Part shown: one piece after another, positions 9,180 through 18,795 of the stretch
How positions within the stretch are numbered: the first letter of the stretch is position 1
Layout: each line of letters starts with the position of its first letter
Source of the DNA: Desulfobacterales bacterium
GTDB lineage: Bacteria; Desulfobacterota; Desulfobacteria; Desulfobacterales; 4572-123
DNA: 64,000 nucleotides
Assembly: GCA_963667755.2 (NCBI GenBank)
Contig: CAXXLK010000001.1
Span: 1,501,862-1,565,861, forward strand
Direction of reading: 5' to 3'
Made by a program: the position numbers and the translations under genes
The notes under the pieces: model-generated
Seen by the model: only the letters and a program-made list of their open reading frames with translations
What the model was told of the DNA's origin: nothing
Database searches by the model: none

Positions 9180-10184
9180 ATGTCCAATACTATTCTCGAA
9201 GTTGAAAACCTGAAGATGCATTTTCCCGTGCGCGGCGGTATATTACGGCGCCGGACCGGACAGGTGTATGCCGTGGATGGGGTCTCCTTTAAAGTCGAGC
9301 ACGGCCAAACCCTGGGGATCGTCGGAGAATCCGGATGCGGCAAAACAACCATCGGGCGTACAATTGTACAGTTGTATAAACCCACGGCTGGCAGGGTGTT
9401 GTTCCGGGGAAAAGACCTTTCCCTGGCAGATCGGCAGCAGATGCGACGATTGCGGCGGGACATGCAGATGATTTTCCAGGACCCTTTTGAGTCTTTGAAT
9501 TCCCGTCATATGGTCGGCGATATCATCGAGGAACCGTTTGCCATCCACAATATCGGCAGAGCCGAAGAACGCAAAGCCGGGGTGGGCCGATTGCTCGAAC
9601 GGGTGGGACTTTTCCCTGATGCCGCTACCCGGTTCCCCCATGAATTCAGCGGGGGTCAGCGTCAGCGCATCGGCATCGCAAGGGCCATCGCTTTAAAACC
9701 AAAACTGATTGTCTGTGATGAACCGGTGTCCGCACTGGATGTTTCCATTCAGTCCCAGATTTTGAACCTGCTTCTGGAACTGCAGCAGGAAATGGGCCTG
9801 AGTTATGTGTTTATTGCCCATGACCTTGCGGTGGTGAAACATATCTCCGATCATATTGCCGTCATGTATCTGGGGAAAATCGTGGAGTATACCGATGCGG
9901 ACAGGCTCTACCAGATCCCCCTCCATCCTTACACCCGTGCCCTTATTTCCGCCATCCCCGTGCCGGACCCCGCGATTAAAAAAAACCGGCAGACTTTATC
10001 AGGGGATGTGCCTTCTCCCATTCATCCGCCCCAAGGGTGTCGGTTTCATACGCGCTGTCCTGTGGCGTTTGACCTGTGCTTTCACAAAGAACCGGAACTT
10101 ATTGCTGTCAAAGGTGTCACAGGAGACGAGCACCTGGTGGCCTGCCACAGAGCCCATGAATCCTATCTTTCAACTCTCGAGTAA
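9180..10184 (+). CDS. Oligopeptide-type ABC transporter ATP-binding protein (OppF/DppF-like)
   Basis: Walker A GESGCGKTT, signature SGGQRQR, Walker B LIVCDEPVSALD, C-terminal HPYTRALI...CRFHTRC. Start is ATG 9180 or TTG 9174. Confidence 0.9.
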   Translation: MSNTILEVENLKMHFPVRGGILRRRTGQVYAVDGVSFKVEHGQTLGIVGESGCGKTTIGRTIVQLYKPTAGRVLFRGKDLSLADRQQMRRLRRDMQMIFQDPFESLNSRHMVGDIIEEPFAIHNIGRAEERKAGVGRLLERVGLFPDAATRFPHEFSGGQRQRIGIARAIALKPKLIVCDEPVSALDVSIQSQILNLLLELQQEMGLSYVFIAHDLAVVKHISDHIAVMYLGKIVEYTDADRLYQIPLHPYTRALISAIPVPDPAIKKNRQTLSGDVPSPIHPPQGCRFHTRCPVAFDLCFHKEPELIAVKGVTGDEHLVACHRAHESYLSTLE

Positions 10185-10483
10185 TGATGGTGTCTCAGAA
10201 AGTGCCAGAAAATGCTGCAGGTGCCGGCCGTACAGTTGACCAATGAAGGGGATGGTTTCCGGATACAAAAAAAGGGGGAGCGCTTAATTCTGGTCGCATC
10301 GGCGCATGCGTCGCTTGCGGGGTTGCCGGGGTGAAGAGCCGGACGCGCTCATCAGTTGCGTACCGCCTCCCTTTTTCCCATCATAACGGCACAAGGGTTA
10401 AAAACAGGCTTGTCCCCTTATCCCTCTTGAAACGGGAAAGGTTTTTGAATTAACATTGTTGTTTCGGGCAGTGTGAAAATTTG

Positions 10484-11431
10484 CTAACCACCAAGCTTTA
10501 TCGGTGCACTCCAGGCATATTTGCCGTTTTTGTCCTTCAACTGGCAGCGAATATACGTAAGCCCGGCATCAACGGGAATTTTTGTTTCAAACGACGCCAT
10601 TTCTTTGACTTCAGCCTTTTTCAGTTCCTGAATATCGGCAACATTGAATCCAGGTACTGTTCCGCAAAAACCGAAATCGCAATCGCCCATGACAACTACT
10701 TCCGTACACGGCGAGCACTCAACCGAAAAGACATTGTCCTCAAAGCGTATCGTGTGAAAAACAGGTCCCTGTGAAGCGTAAAAGGCGCCAGTTTTTAATG
10801 CCTTCATCACTGCTTCAGGTGTATTTTTTCTGGCGCATATCATTGTCCATCCGCCCATAAAATCCTGGGCATGATGCATGTCGTCAACCGCAATAGCCGG
10901 CAGGGGATAGCCCATTTGAAGGATATTGTCCCATACTTGCATATTATATGCCTTGCCGATGTAGCGGCAGGAGGCGTTGTAAACTTCTATTGCGATAATG
11001 TTTTTAATCTGCAGGATATCCGTACAATTCAAACCGCTCCAGTACGGATGTGCCAGAATACATTCCCCGCCGGCTGCTCGAACACATTCTATCGCCCTCT
11101 GATACGGCAGCTGGGAGGGATCCGGGAAATCTTCGGACACATTTAAAGCGAGCAGATGCAGTATTATGCCCCGCGGTCCCACAGGATGAAATTCCATGCC
11201 GCTGATTAAAAGCAACTTTCCTGAATCTATTTCGCTGACACGATTGGTGACGTAATGATCGGTGGCCGCCAGAATATCATATTTTTCTTCCCGATAGTAA
11301 TCCACAGTCTCTGGCAGGGGGTATTCGCCATCTGAAGTCGTGCTGTGCATGTGTAAATTGGCTTTGTAGGTGTGGAGTTCTTCACCTAAAAGATTGATTC
11401 TGGCTGTCAATCCTTTTGACACCGGCATCAT
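10484..11431 (-). CDS. PHP-domain metal-dependent phosphoesterase
   Basis: 315 aa. The N-terminal ANLHMHSTTSDGEY motif is typical of PHP (polymerase/histidinol-phosphatase) domains. Confidence 0.7.
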   Translation of the reverse strand: MMPVSKGLTARINLLGEELHTYKANLHMHSTTSDGEYPLPETVDYYREEKYDILAATDHYVTNRVSEIDSGKLLLISGMEFHPVGPRGIILHLLALNVSEDFPDPSQLPYQRAIECVRAAGGECILAHPYWSGLNCTDILQIKNIIAIEVYNASCRYIGKAYNMQVWDNILQMGYPLPAIAVDDMHHAQDFMGGWTMICARKNTPEAVMKALKTGAFYASQGPVFHTIRFEDNVFSVECSPCTEVVVMGDCDFGFCGTVPGFNVADIQELKKAEVKEMASFETKIPVDAGLTYIRCQLKDKNGKYAWSAPIKLGG

Positions 11432-11615
11432 TTTTTATCCGGCATCAGAGGTAAAATTTAAAAATATGATGTTCCAGATGCCAAAAATTATTTGAAGAAA
11501 ATCGGAGTTTTTTATTTCTCGCCTGCTTTTTCCAAACACGCAACGACACCTCCCATCAGTGACCTCAGCCGAAATTCAATAAATAAAACCGCTGTATAAC
11601 CAAAGGGAGACCGCT

Positions 11616-11810
11616 ATGGCTGTTATCACCATTGCCCGGCGGTTCGGTGCCGGCGGGAAAATACTGGAAGCCCTGGTTGTAGAAAAACTGGGCATCCCCC
11701 AAGAAAAGCCCGATATAAAAAGTGGCATGGTAACCCCGGTCTTGCACAGCATGTCAATTTCTCGGGATTCTCCAAGCTTGCGACTGGCCTGCCAGGTCAA
11801 GTCAACATAG
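11616..11810 (+). pseudogene. Possible remnant of a cytidylate-kinase-like family gene (only about the first 27 codons look conserved)
   Basis: MAVITIARRFGAGGKILEALVVEKLGIP resembles the N-terminus (P-loop-like GxGG) of cytidylate-kinase-like proteins, which are normally about 200 aa. The remainder is low-complexity and the ORF stops after 64 aa. Confidence 0.3.
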
Positions 11811-12162
11811 AAACACCGGGCTTGTCTATCACCCGGGCAAGATCGTGGTTCGCTTCGCTGCCACATTTATCCCTGTTCGTTCAAATATCAAAATAGTAAC
11901 CGTTCCAGATCTTAGCGGTACAGTCGGGGTTTAAAAAAAATCATGCAGCGAATTTTTTCTTGACATATCACATATAAATGGTAGGAAAGTATCACATAAA
12001 ATTAGTATGAATGTATCCTGCTTATTAATTAGGGTATTATTCCAACTGGTGCATGCGCTTATTGTTGTGTTTTAGATGACAGCTTGAAATTTTTATCCGG
12101 TTTTTGGGTATTACATATTCGGGCTGGCAGAAAACCTGTTTGAAAAATCAGAGGATGGAACT

Positions 12163-13779
12163 ATGGCAAAAAGATTTCCTCGTCGATGGCGGATCGTTAC
12201 AGTTCCGGCCATTATTCTGATGATAACCCTGGTTGGGTGGGTCAGTGTTTACAGCAGCGCCGATAACCAGGCCCATCGCCCTGATATTGTTTACATAGAC
12301 CTGCCGGCGATCCCTGATGGCGATAAAATTCCGGCGGTTCAGTTTTTGCACGACAGGCACACCCAGGCATTGGGGGAAAGCAAAGACTGCAGCACCTGCC
12401 ATCTTCAGCAGAAAGACCGTTTTGTCTTTAAATTCAAGCGTCTGGAAGACACTACGTCTGAAAACGACATGGCCATTTATCACGACAACTGTATCGCCTG
12501 CCATTCGGAAACCGTTGGCGCCGGCAAAAAAGCCGGTCCGTTAGCCGGCGACTGCCGATCATGTCACACGGCAAAGCCCGGAGCAGCATCCTCTTTGCAG
12601 CCGATTGCCTTTGACAAATCGCTTCATTATCGTCATGTATCCGCTGAAGCCATTCCACCTGCCGAAATGACTGATGATGTGAACTGCGGTGCCTGTCACC
12701 ATCTATATGACGAGTCGGTCAAAAAAACATTTTATAAAAAGGGTACCGAAGAAAGCTGCCTCACTTGCCACAAGACTGCCGGGACCGATACCACCTCATC
12801 CATTCAGACCGCCTCCCACGCCGCCTGTGTCAGCTGTCACCAGAGCTTCAAAGCCCGGTCGCAAAAAACCGGACCGGTAGAATGCGCGGGGTGCCATGAT
12901 GCCCTCAAGCAGCGCAAAATAAAGGTTGTCGACACCATCCCGCGTCTCAAACGGAACCAGCCCGATACGGTTCTGCTGGCAAGCTGGATGGCGGCAGATG
13001 GTGTATCGGAATCCACCATGAAACAACAAATGGACCCGGTGGCATTCAACCATCTTTTTCACGAGAGCAAAAACGCCAGCTGCCGTGTCTGCCATCATGA
13101 GACCCTTAAGAAATGCAGTGAGTGCCATACCGAAAAAGGGGATAAAAAGGGTGGGGGTGTACAGCTCGCACAGGCCATGCACAACACGGAATCATCCCAC
13201 AGCTGCACTGGCTGCCACAACCAGGTCAAGCAGACAAAGGACTGTGCCGGGTGCCACGCCGCCATGCCTCAAAAACAGTTTTCTCAAATAGCATGTGCCC
13301 AGTGTCATGCCGTGAATCGGGCGCTTCTTCAGCCGCTTCCCATGCCGGCGGAAGCGAGAACGGCCATGGCGGAAAACACCCTCAAATCCCATGTCCGGGC
13401 ATCTGGGACCCTTCCCGATGACCAGATCCCGGAAAAGGTAAAGATCGATGGCATGGTAAACCAGTTCGAGGCCGTCGATTTGCCGCATCGGAAGATCGTG
13501 CGGGCGTTATATGCCAGGGTTGGGGACAACAATCTGGCCGCCTATTTTCACAATGACGACATCACCTTGTGCGGTGGATGCCACCACAACTCCCCGGCGT
13601 CACTGAACCCGCCTAAATGCGCATCGTGCCACGGGGAAGCATTCAAGAATGAACAGGATGGCCGGCCGGGGCTCAAGGGGGCCTATCACGGTCAGTGTTT
13701 TGACTGTCACAAGGGGATGGAAATTGAAAAACCGGCCGCAACGGACTGCATCAAGTGCCATAAAGAGAGAAAATCCTGA
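12163..13779 (+). CDS. hmcA: High-molecular-weight 16-heme cytochrome c
   Basis: 538 aa with a signal peptide and sixteen CxxCH motifs (CSTCH, CIACH, CRSCH, CGACH, CLTCH, CVSCH, CAGCH, CRVCH, CSECH, CTGCH, CAGCH, CAQCH, CGGCH, CASCH, CFDCH, CIKCH). GAGGA Shine-Dalgarno upstream. Confidence 0.9.
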   Translation: MAKRFPRRWRIVTVPAIILMITLVGWVSVYSSADNQAHRPDIVYIDLPAIPDGDKIPAVQFLHDRHTQALGESKDCSTCHLQQKDRFVFKFKRLEDTTSENDMAIYHDNCIACHSETVGAGKKAGPLAGDCRSCHTAKPGAASSLQPIAFDKSLHYRHVSAEAIPPAEMTDDVNCGACHHLYDESVKKTFYKKGTEESCLTCHKTAGTDTTSSIQTASHAACVSCHQSFKARSQKTGPVECAGCHDALKQRKIKVVDTIPRLKRNQPDTVLLASWMAADGVSESTMKQQMDPVAFNHLFHESKNASCRVCHHETLKKCSECHTEKGDKKGGGVQLAQAMHNTESSHSCTGCHNQVKQTKDCAGCHAAMPQKQFSQIACAQCHAVNRALLQPLPMPAEARTAMAENTLKSHVRASGTLPDDQIPEKVKIDGMVNQFEAVDLPHRKIVRALYARVGDNNLAAYFHNDDITLCGGCHHNSPASLNPPKCASCHGEAFKNEQDGRPGLKGAYHGQCFDCHKGMEIEKPAATDCIKCHKERKS

Positions 13780-13842
13780 TTTGAAACCCACTGTTTGGGA
13801 AAAGGATCATCAGCATAGACAAATAAAAGTTGAGGTGTCGTT

Positions 13843-14946
13843 ATGGGTGTCACCCGAAGAAAATTTCTGGGCTGGGTCGGTGCAGCTGCGGGCACGACCG
13901 CAATCATGGATAAAAGTGCTTTTGCGGCTTCCAACAAACACTTTAAGGGTTATCCCGGAAGTTTTGGCGTTCTCCATGATATCACACGGTGTATCGGTTG
14001 CAGACAATGTGAAGCGGCCTGCAACACTGTAAACGAACTGCCGAATCCAAAACGGCCTTTTGACGATCTGACCGTATTGGACGAAAATCGCCGCACCAGC
14101 GAAGACGCCTACACGGTGGTCAACCGTTATACGGGAAAAGAGGGGACCCGTCCGACTTTCGTGAAGACCCAGTGCAACCACTGTCTCGAGCCCGCCTGCG
14201 CTTCCGCCTGCTTTGTCAAGGCGCTTCGGAAGAATAAGTCCGGGGCCGTGTCCTACGATGCCTCGCTGTGCGTGGGGTGTCGGTACTGCATGGTCGCCTG
14301 CCCGTTCAACATTCCGGCGTATGAATACGACAAGGCGTTTACCCCCCGGGTGATGAAATGCACGCTCTGCCAGCCCCGGATCGAGAAAGGCCAGCTGCCG
14401 GGATGTGTTGAATCCTGTCCCAAGGAAGCCCTGACCTTCGGCCCGCGGGAGCGGCTCATCAAAGAGGCGCGCAGAAGAATTGACCGGTTCCCGGACCGCT
14501 ATGTCGACCACATCTACGGCGAGTCGGAGATGGGGGGCACCAGCTGGCTCTATCTTTCCGGAAGACCCTTTTCGGAAATCGGCCTGCGCGAAGACCTGGG
14601 CGTCCAATCAGCGCCCAGTCTGACTGCCGGCCCCCTGGCGGCCGTCCCGGTTATCGTGGGATTGTGGCCGGTGCTGCTGACGGGAATTTATGCCATATCC
14701 CGGCGCAAGGATAAGATCGCTGAGCAGGAGCGCATTGAGGCGATTGCCACAACGGTAGCCGATGCCAACGAGGAGATGAACGCCAAGCTGGCCAGCCTGA
14801 AAGACAAAATGAACAAAGAAAAGGACGCGGCCATCAATCTGGAAGTCAAAAAGGCCCTCGATCAGGCGGCCAAAGAGGCAGAAGCCGAAAAACAAACGGC
14901 AGCGGCTGGCGGTGCTGCTGAAGAAAAGCCCAAGGAGGAAAAATAG
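13843..14946 (+). CDS. hmcB: Hmc complex 4x[4Fe-4S] ferredoxin-like subunit with Tat signal and C-terminal TM anchor
   Basis: Twin-arginine signal [17 protein letters not shown]. Four Cys clusters ([40 protein letters not shown]...CVESCP). One TM helix followed by a Lys/Glu-rich tail. Confidence 0.85.
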   Translation: MGVTRRKFLGWVGAAAGTTAIMDKSAFAASNKHFKGYPGSFGVLHDITRCIGCRQCEAACNTVNELPNPKRPFDDLTVLDENRRTSEDAYTVVNRYTGKEGTRPTFVKTQCNHCLEPACASACFVKALRKNKSGAVSYDASLCVGCRYCMVACPFNIPAYEYDKAFTPRVMKCTLCQPRIEKGQLPGCVESCPKEALTFGPRERLIKEARRRIDRFPDRYVDHIYGESEMGGTSWLYLSGRPFSEIGLREDLGVQSAPSLTAGPLAAVPVIVGLWPVLLTGIYAISRRKDKIAEQERIEAIATTVADANEEMNAKLASLKDKMNKEKDAAINLEVKKALDQAAKEAEAEKQTAAAGGAAEEKPKEEK

Positions 14947-16119
14947 ATGTCACAGGATAACACCCGTGATGATAAAAAGATACTCACACCGTTTAACGTG
15001 ATATCCGGTATTATCATTCTTGTAGGCCTGGTGTTGACCGTTTTGCGCTTCACCAAGGGGATCGGGGCCGTGACCAATCTGGACGATAACAACCCCTGGG
15101 GGGTGTGGATCGGATTCGATCTGCTGTGCGGTGTTGCGCTGGCTGCCGGTGGGTATGTCACTTCTGCCGCCTGTTATATTTTCGGACTCAAGCGCTACCA
15201 TTCAGCGGTCCGGCCGGCGATCCTGACGGCCTTTCTCGGGTATGCGCTGGTGGTTTTTGCGCTGCATTACGATGTCGGGCGGCCCTGGCGCCTGCCCTAC
15301 CCGATATTCTTGTCCCCGGGAACCACGTCCCTGCTATACGAGGTGGGGTTGTGCGTTTTCCTCTACCTGACTGTTTTGTTTATAGAATACAGCCCTGCGG
15401 CCCTCGAGTGGCTGGGGTTGAAAAAAATAAGAAGCCTCATCGTCCGCATGACGCTCGTGTTGACTATCTTCGGCGTGATTCTTTCCACGCTTCATCAGTC
15501 TTCGCTGGGGGCGTTGTTCATGATTGCACCATCGAAACTGCACCCCTTGTGGTATTCGGGCTACCTGCCGGTGTACTTTTTTATCTCCAGCATCTTTGCA
15601 GGCCTGTCCATGGTGATATTCGAAGGCTCTCTTTCGCATCGCTACCTGCACCACAAAATGGATGCAACCCATCTGGCGGAAAGCACCGGAGTGGCGTTGG
15701 GGTTTGCCAAAGCGGCCGCTTTCGTGATGATGGGCTATGTCGGCATCAAGGTGATCGGCCTTGCCATAGACAACAACTGGCACTATCTGGCCACCGGGTG
15801 GGGCATCTGGTTTCTGGTTGAATTGATCGGCTTTGTGGCGCTGCCGGCTTTTGTATATGCCCTGGCGGCACGGGACCGGAATTTGCGTCTGGCAAGATGG
15901 GCCGCGGTATGGTCCGTCCTGGGGCTGGTTTTAAACCGGCTGAACATTTCCCTGGTGGTGTTCAACTGGCATCTGCCATCGGCCCAACGGTATTTTCCCA
16001 GCTGGATGGAGATTGCCATTTCCGTTTTTATCGTCACCGTCGGCGTTGTGGTGTATCGCTTTATTGCCACCCGTATGCCGATTCTTTACGAGCATCCGGA
16101 TTACAGGACCGATCACTGA
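14947..16119 (+). CDS. hmcC: Hmc complex NrfD/PsrC-like integral membrane subunit
   Basis: 390 aa, polytopic. The start codon immediately follows the hmcB stop. The position in the operon matches hmcC. Confidence 0.85.
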   Translation: MSQDNTRDDKKILTPFNVISGIIILVGLVLTVLRFTKGIGAVTNLDDNNPWGVWIGFDLLCGVALAAGGYVTSAACYIFGLKRYHSAVRPAILTAFLGYALVVFALHYDVGRPWRLPYPIFLSPGTTSLLYEVGLCVFLYLTVLFIEYSPAALEWLGLKKIRSLIVRMTLVLTIFGVILSTLHQSSLGALFMIAPSKLHPLWYSGYLPVYFFISSIFAGLSMVIFEGSLSHRYLHHKMDATHLAESTGVALGFAKAAAFVMMGYVGIKVIGLAIDNNWHYLATGWGIWFLVELIGFVALPAFVYALAARDRNLRLARWAAVWSVLGLVLNRLNISLVVFNWHLPSAQRYFPSWMEIAISVFIVTVGVVVYRFIATRMPILYEHPDYRTDH

Positions 16120-16174
16120 GCCGGTGACCGGAACCCCATGGTGCCCGTAAGGCAGACGAAGTAAAGGAGAACCA

Positions 16175-16318
16175 ATGGAAAGCGTTTTTTATACATTGCA
16201 GGATTTCATGCTTCACTCAAAAAGCATCACCTATATCGTGATGGGCATCGTGCTTGTTGCCCTTCCGCTTTTTTGGCGATTTTTAAATGGCAGGGATGAA
16301 AAAAAGCGAACGTTTTAA
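16175..16318 (+). CDS. hmcD: Small single-TM Hmc subunit (47 aa; below the ORF-track cutoff)
   Basis: The ATG at 16175 is preceded by AAGGAG (16164-16169). Product is MESVFYTLQDFMLHSKSITYIVMGIVLVALPLFWRFLNGRDEKKRTF, with one hydrophobic helix. It fills the hmcC-hmcE gap exactly where hmcD lies in the Desulfovibrio operon. Confidence 0.7.
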   Translation: MESVFYTLQDFMLHSKSITYIVMGIVLVALPLFWRFLNGRDEKKRTF

Positions 16319-16333
16319 ATTATGGAGGCATCC

Positions 16334-17014
16334 ATGTACGAATTTTTAACCGGCCCCATGTTTTGGCTGTCCATCAGCATCTGCGTCATCGGCATGATTG
16401 TACGGCTTATACGGTATTTCAAGGGGTTGCACTGGCAGTTGGACCGCGTTGCCTACAAGGCGTTTCCTGTCCAGGGGCTAAAGGGCGCCTGGCGGTCTAT
16501 TTACCGATGGCTGCTGCCCTTTGGAACCCGCAGCTGGCGCAAGCAGCCCTTTATGACTGTCATATTTTTCGGGTTCCACATCGGCGCCGTCCTTGTTCCG
16601 TTTTTTTTGTTGGCCCACACTGTTTTTTGGGAAGAAAAAATCGGGTTTTCGCTGCCGGCGCTGAATCCATGGGTGGCTGACATATTGACATGGTCGGTTG
16701 TCATCAGCGCTATTTTTCTGGCCCTTCGTCGCATCGCGCTGCCGGAAGTCAGAATTCTGACGACCGCCTACGATTACTTGATCCTGCTGCTGTCTGTGGC
16801 GCCTTTTGCTTCCGGGCTGATGGCCCGCTATGAAGTTGGCAGTTATACCTTCTGGCTGACCCTGCACATCCTTCTCGGGGAGGTGCTCCTGATTGCCATC
16901 CCATTTACGAAACTCTCGCACATCTTCCTCTTTTTTGCATCGCGGGCGCAGTTGGGAATGGATTATGGCATCAAAAGGGGCGGTATGAAAGGAAAGGAGG
17001 GGATGGCCTGGTGA
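16334..17014 (+). CDS. hmcE: Hmc complex NarI/DsrM-like heme-b membrane subunit
   Basis: ORF 16322..17014. ATG 16334 has GGAGG (16324-16328) at ideal spacing. The polytopic protein has conserved His in TM helices (FFGFHIGAVL, LTLHILLGE). Confidence 0.8.
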   Translation: MYEFLTGPMFWLSISICVIGMIVRLIRYFKGLHWQLDRVAYKAFPVQGLKGAWRSIYRWLLPFGTRSWRKQPFMTVIFFGFHIGAVLVPFFLLAHTVFWEEKIGFSLPALNPWVADILTWSVVISAIFLALRRIALPEVRILTTAYDYLILLLSVAPFASGLMARYEVGSYTFWLTLHILLGEVLLIAIPFTKLSHIFLFFASRAQLGMDYGIKRGGMKGKEGMAW

Positions 17015-17022
17015 AAATTGAC

Positions 17023-17141
17023 GGTCTCGTAAAAAGTCCAACTCCTGCGTTGCGCTGCATTTTGCAATCATTCAACGTACGATAAGTACGCCTCATGATC
17101 ACAAAATTTGCACGCCTTGAATTTGAACTTTTTACGAGACC
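17023..17141 (+). repeat. 119-bp MITE-like element, copy 1 (15-bp terminal inverted repeats)
   Basis: GGTCTCGTAAAAAGT (17023-17037) and ACTTTTTACGAGACC (17127-17141) are perfect inverted repeats, and the interior is an imperfect palindrome. Near-identical copies lie at 40098-40216, 47968-48086 (inverted) and about 48305-48420 (inverted, one end degenerate). Confidence 0.85.
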
Positions 17142-17310
17142 GCCTAAATTCGGCTTTTTACGAGTTCATCAAAAATATGAGATAGCAAAATGCACAGCAA
17201 TTCAAGACGATATGGGGTTAATCAAATGGCTTTTGATCTTGTTTGAGATTTGGAATTTGTTTGTCATTTAGTGTTTGGAATTTAAGATTTTCGGTTTATC
17301 CAGGTTAGGA
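17142..17310 (+). repeat. Additional repeat modules adjoining MITE copy 1 (module 2 at 17142-17176; module 3 at 17203-17310)
   Basis: GCCTAAATTCGGCTTTTTACGAGTTCATCAAA recurs inverted at 47934-47966, and a degenerate version lies near 52755-52790. CAAGACGATATGGGGTTAATCAAATGGC...CCAGGTTAGG recurs at 62810-62955 and inverted at 3881-3986. Confidence 0.8.
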
Positions 17311-17365
17311 CATAAAAATAGCCTTTTGAACAATAAGGGGATGCATACCAAGGGGGACGTGACCC

Positions 17366-18754
17366 ATGCCTGAAGGAACACTCTGCAATAAAAAACCGAT
17401 TGAAACAGAAGAAGCGCTCAGAACGCTTCTGGCTGATACCGGCGGGCGCACCTATTATGAGGAGATGAAGTCGCTGGACGTAAACAGTGAACTTTTGTGG
17501 AAGACGATACAAAACACATTGAAATCCAGGATGAAGACCTGGCTTGAAATCTGTGCCCACTGCGGGATGTGTGCCGACAGCTGTTTCCTCTACCTGATCA
17601 ATGATTGTGACCCGAAACAGGTTCCGGCCTACAAAATCCAGTCGACACTGGGGGAGATCGTCAAACGCCGGGGTAAGGTTGACAATGCGTTTATGCATAT
17701 GGCCATGGAAACGGCCTGGGCCAAGTGCACCTGCTGCAACCGGTGCGGAATGTACTGTCCCCATGGCATCGACATGGGCATCATGTTCGGTTATCTTCGC
17801 GGCTTGCTCTACCAGCAGGGTTTCGTGCCCTGGGAGCTGAAGATCGGAGCGGGCATGCATCGGGTCTATCGGGCGCAGATGGATGTGACCGACGCAGATT
17901 TTGTGGAGACCTTTGAATGGATGGTTGAGGAGTACGAAGAGGACTATCCGGGGCTTGGGGTGCCGGTGGACAAAGAAGGCGCCGACATTATGTACACGGT
18001 CAATGCCAGAGAGGTCAAACATTACCCTGAGGATCTGGCCGAGGCGGCCATCCTTTTCCACCTGGCCGGAGAAAACTGGACGGTTCCCTCCAAAGGTTGG
18101 GAACTGACCAGCCTCGCCATGTTTGCCGGCGACTGGGCGGCCTGCAAAATGCAAGTGGAGAGCGTTTATGCCGCCATGGAGCGCCTGAAACCCAAACGGA
18201 TGGTCGGTACGGAATGCGGGCATGCACATCGGGCAACCGTCATTGAGGGGCCCTACTGGGCGGGACGCAGCAACGGACAACCGCCGGTTGAATCGATTCA
18301 TTACGTCGAATGGCTGGCGGAAGCGCTTCGCGAAGGCAAACTCAAGATCAATCCGGCCAAACGCATCCAGCGTCCGGTTACCCTTCAGGATTCCTGCAAC
18401 TACATCCGGAACCAGGGCTTGAAGGACATTACGCGAGAAATCATGAGCTACATCGTCGCCCCGGGCTATTTCATCGACATGGCACCCAACCGGGAGCACA
18501 ACTACTGCTGCGGCGGCGGAGGCGGTTTCAACGGGATCGGTATATTCAGACCTCAGCGGAATAAGGCCCTGATCACCAAACGGGATCAGATTTTAAACAC
18601 TGGCGCAGAACTTGTGATCGCACCTTGTCACAACTGCTGGGATGCCATACGGGACCTTGAGGAAGAATATAAAATCGGCATTGAATGGTCGTTTTTAAAG
18701 CCGCTTTTGATCAGCATGGTTGAAATACCGGAGCATTTACAACTCAAAGAATAG
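17366..18754 (+). CDS. hmcF: Hmc complex cytoplasmic HdrD/DsrK-like Fe-S (CCG-domain) subunit
   Basis: 462 aa. Ferredoxin-like clusters [11 protein letters not shown] and [15 protein letters not shown]-type motifs include [10 protein letters not shown] and APCHNCWD. Confidence 0.85.
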   Translation: MPEGTLCNKKPIETEEALRTLLADTGGRTYYEEMKSLDVNSELLWKTIQNTLKSRMKTWLEICAHCGMCADSCFLYLINDCDPKQVPAYKIQSTLGEIVKRRGKVDNAFMHMAMETAWAKCTCCNRCGMYCPHGIDMGIMFGYLRGLLYQQGFVPWELKIGAGMHRVYRAQMDVTDADFVETFEWMVEEYEEDYPGLGVPVDKEGADIMYTVNAREVKHYPEDLAEAAILFHLAGENWTVPSKGWELTSLAMFAGDWAACKMQVESVYAAMERLKPKRMVGTECGHAHRATVIEGPYWAGRSNGQPPVESIHYVEWLAEALREGKLKINPAKRIQRPVTLQDSCNYIRNQGLKDITREIMSYIVAPGYFIDMAPNREHNYCCGGGGGFNGIGIFRPQRNKALITKRDQILNTGAELVIAPCHNCWDAIRDLEEEYKIGIEWSFLKPLLISMVEIPEHLQLKE

Positions 18755-18795
18755 GATGATGGGGCGATGTACCGCACCCGGACATGAGGTGACCT

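Noticed and set aside
12125-12142. TGGCAG...CTGTTTG upstream of hmcA, and TGGCAACTCGGGGGC at 20186, considered as sigma-54 promoters
   Set aside because: The -12 element (TTGC at the correct 4-5 nt spacing from TGGCAC) is not satisfied in either case.
13810-14607. 265-aa minus-strand ORF
   Set aside because: Antisense to hmcB, whose Tat signal and four Fe-S motifs establish the plus-strand frame.
15105-15821. 238-aa plus-strand ORF in an alternative frame
   Set aside because: It overlaps hmcC out of frame. It is Arg/Cys/Pro-rich and non-membrane-like, whereas the hmcC frame gives a coherent polytopic protein.
17282-18499. 405-aa minus-strand ORF
   Set aside because: It is entirely antisense to hmcF, which has clear HdrD/CCG motifs. 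The product is Arg/Gly/His-rich with no motifs. It is a typical shadow ORF.
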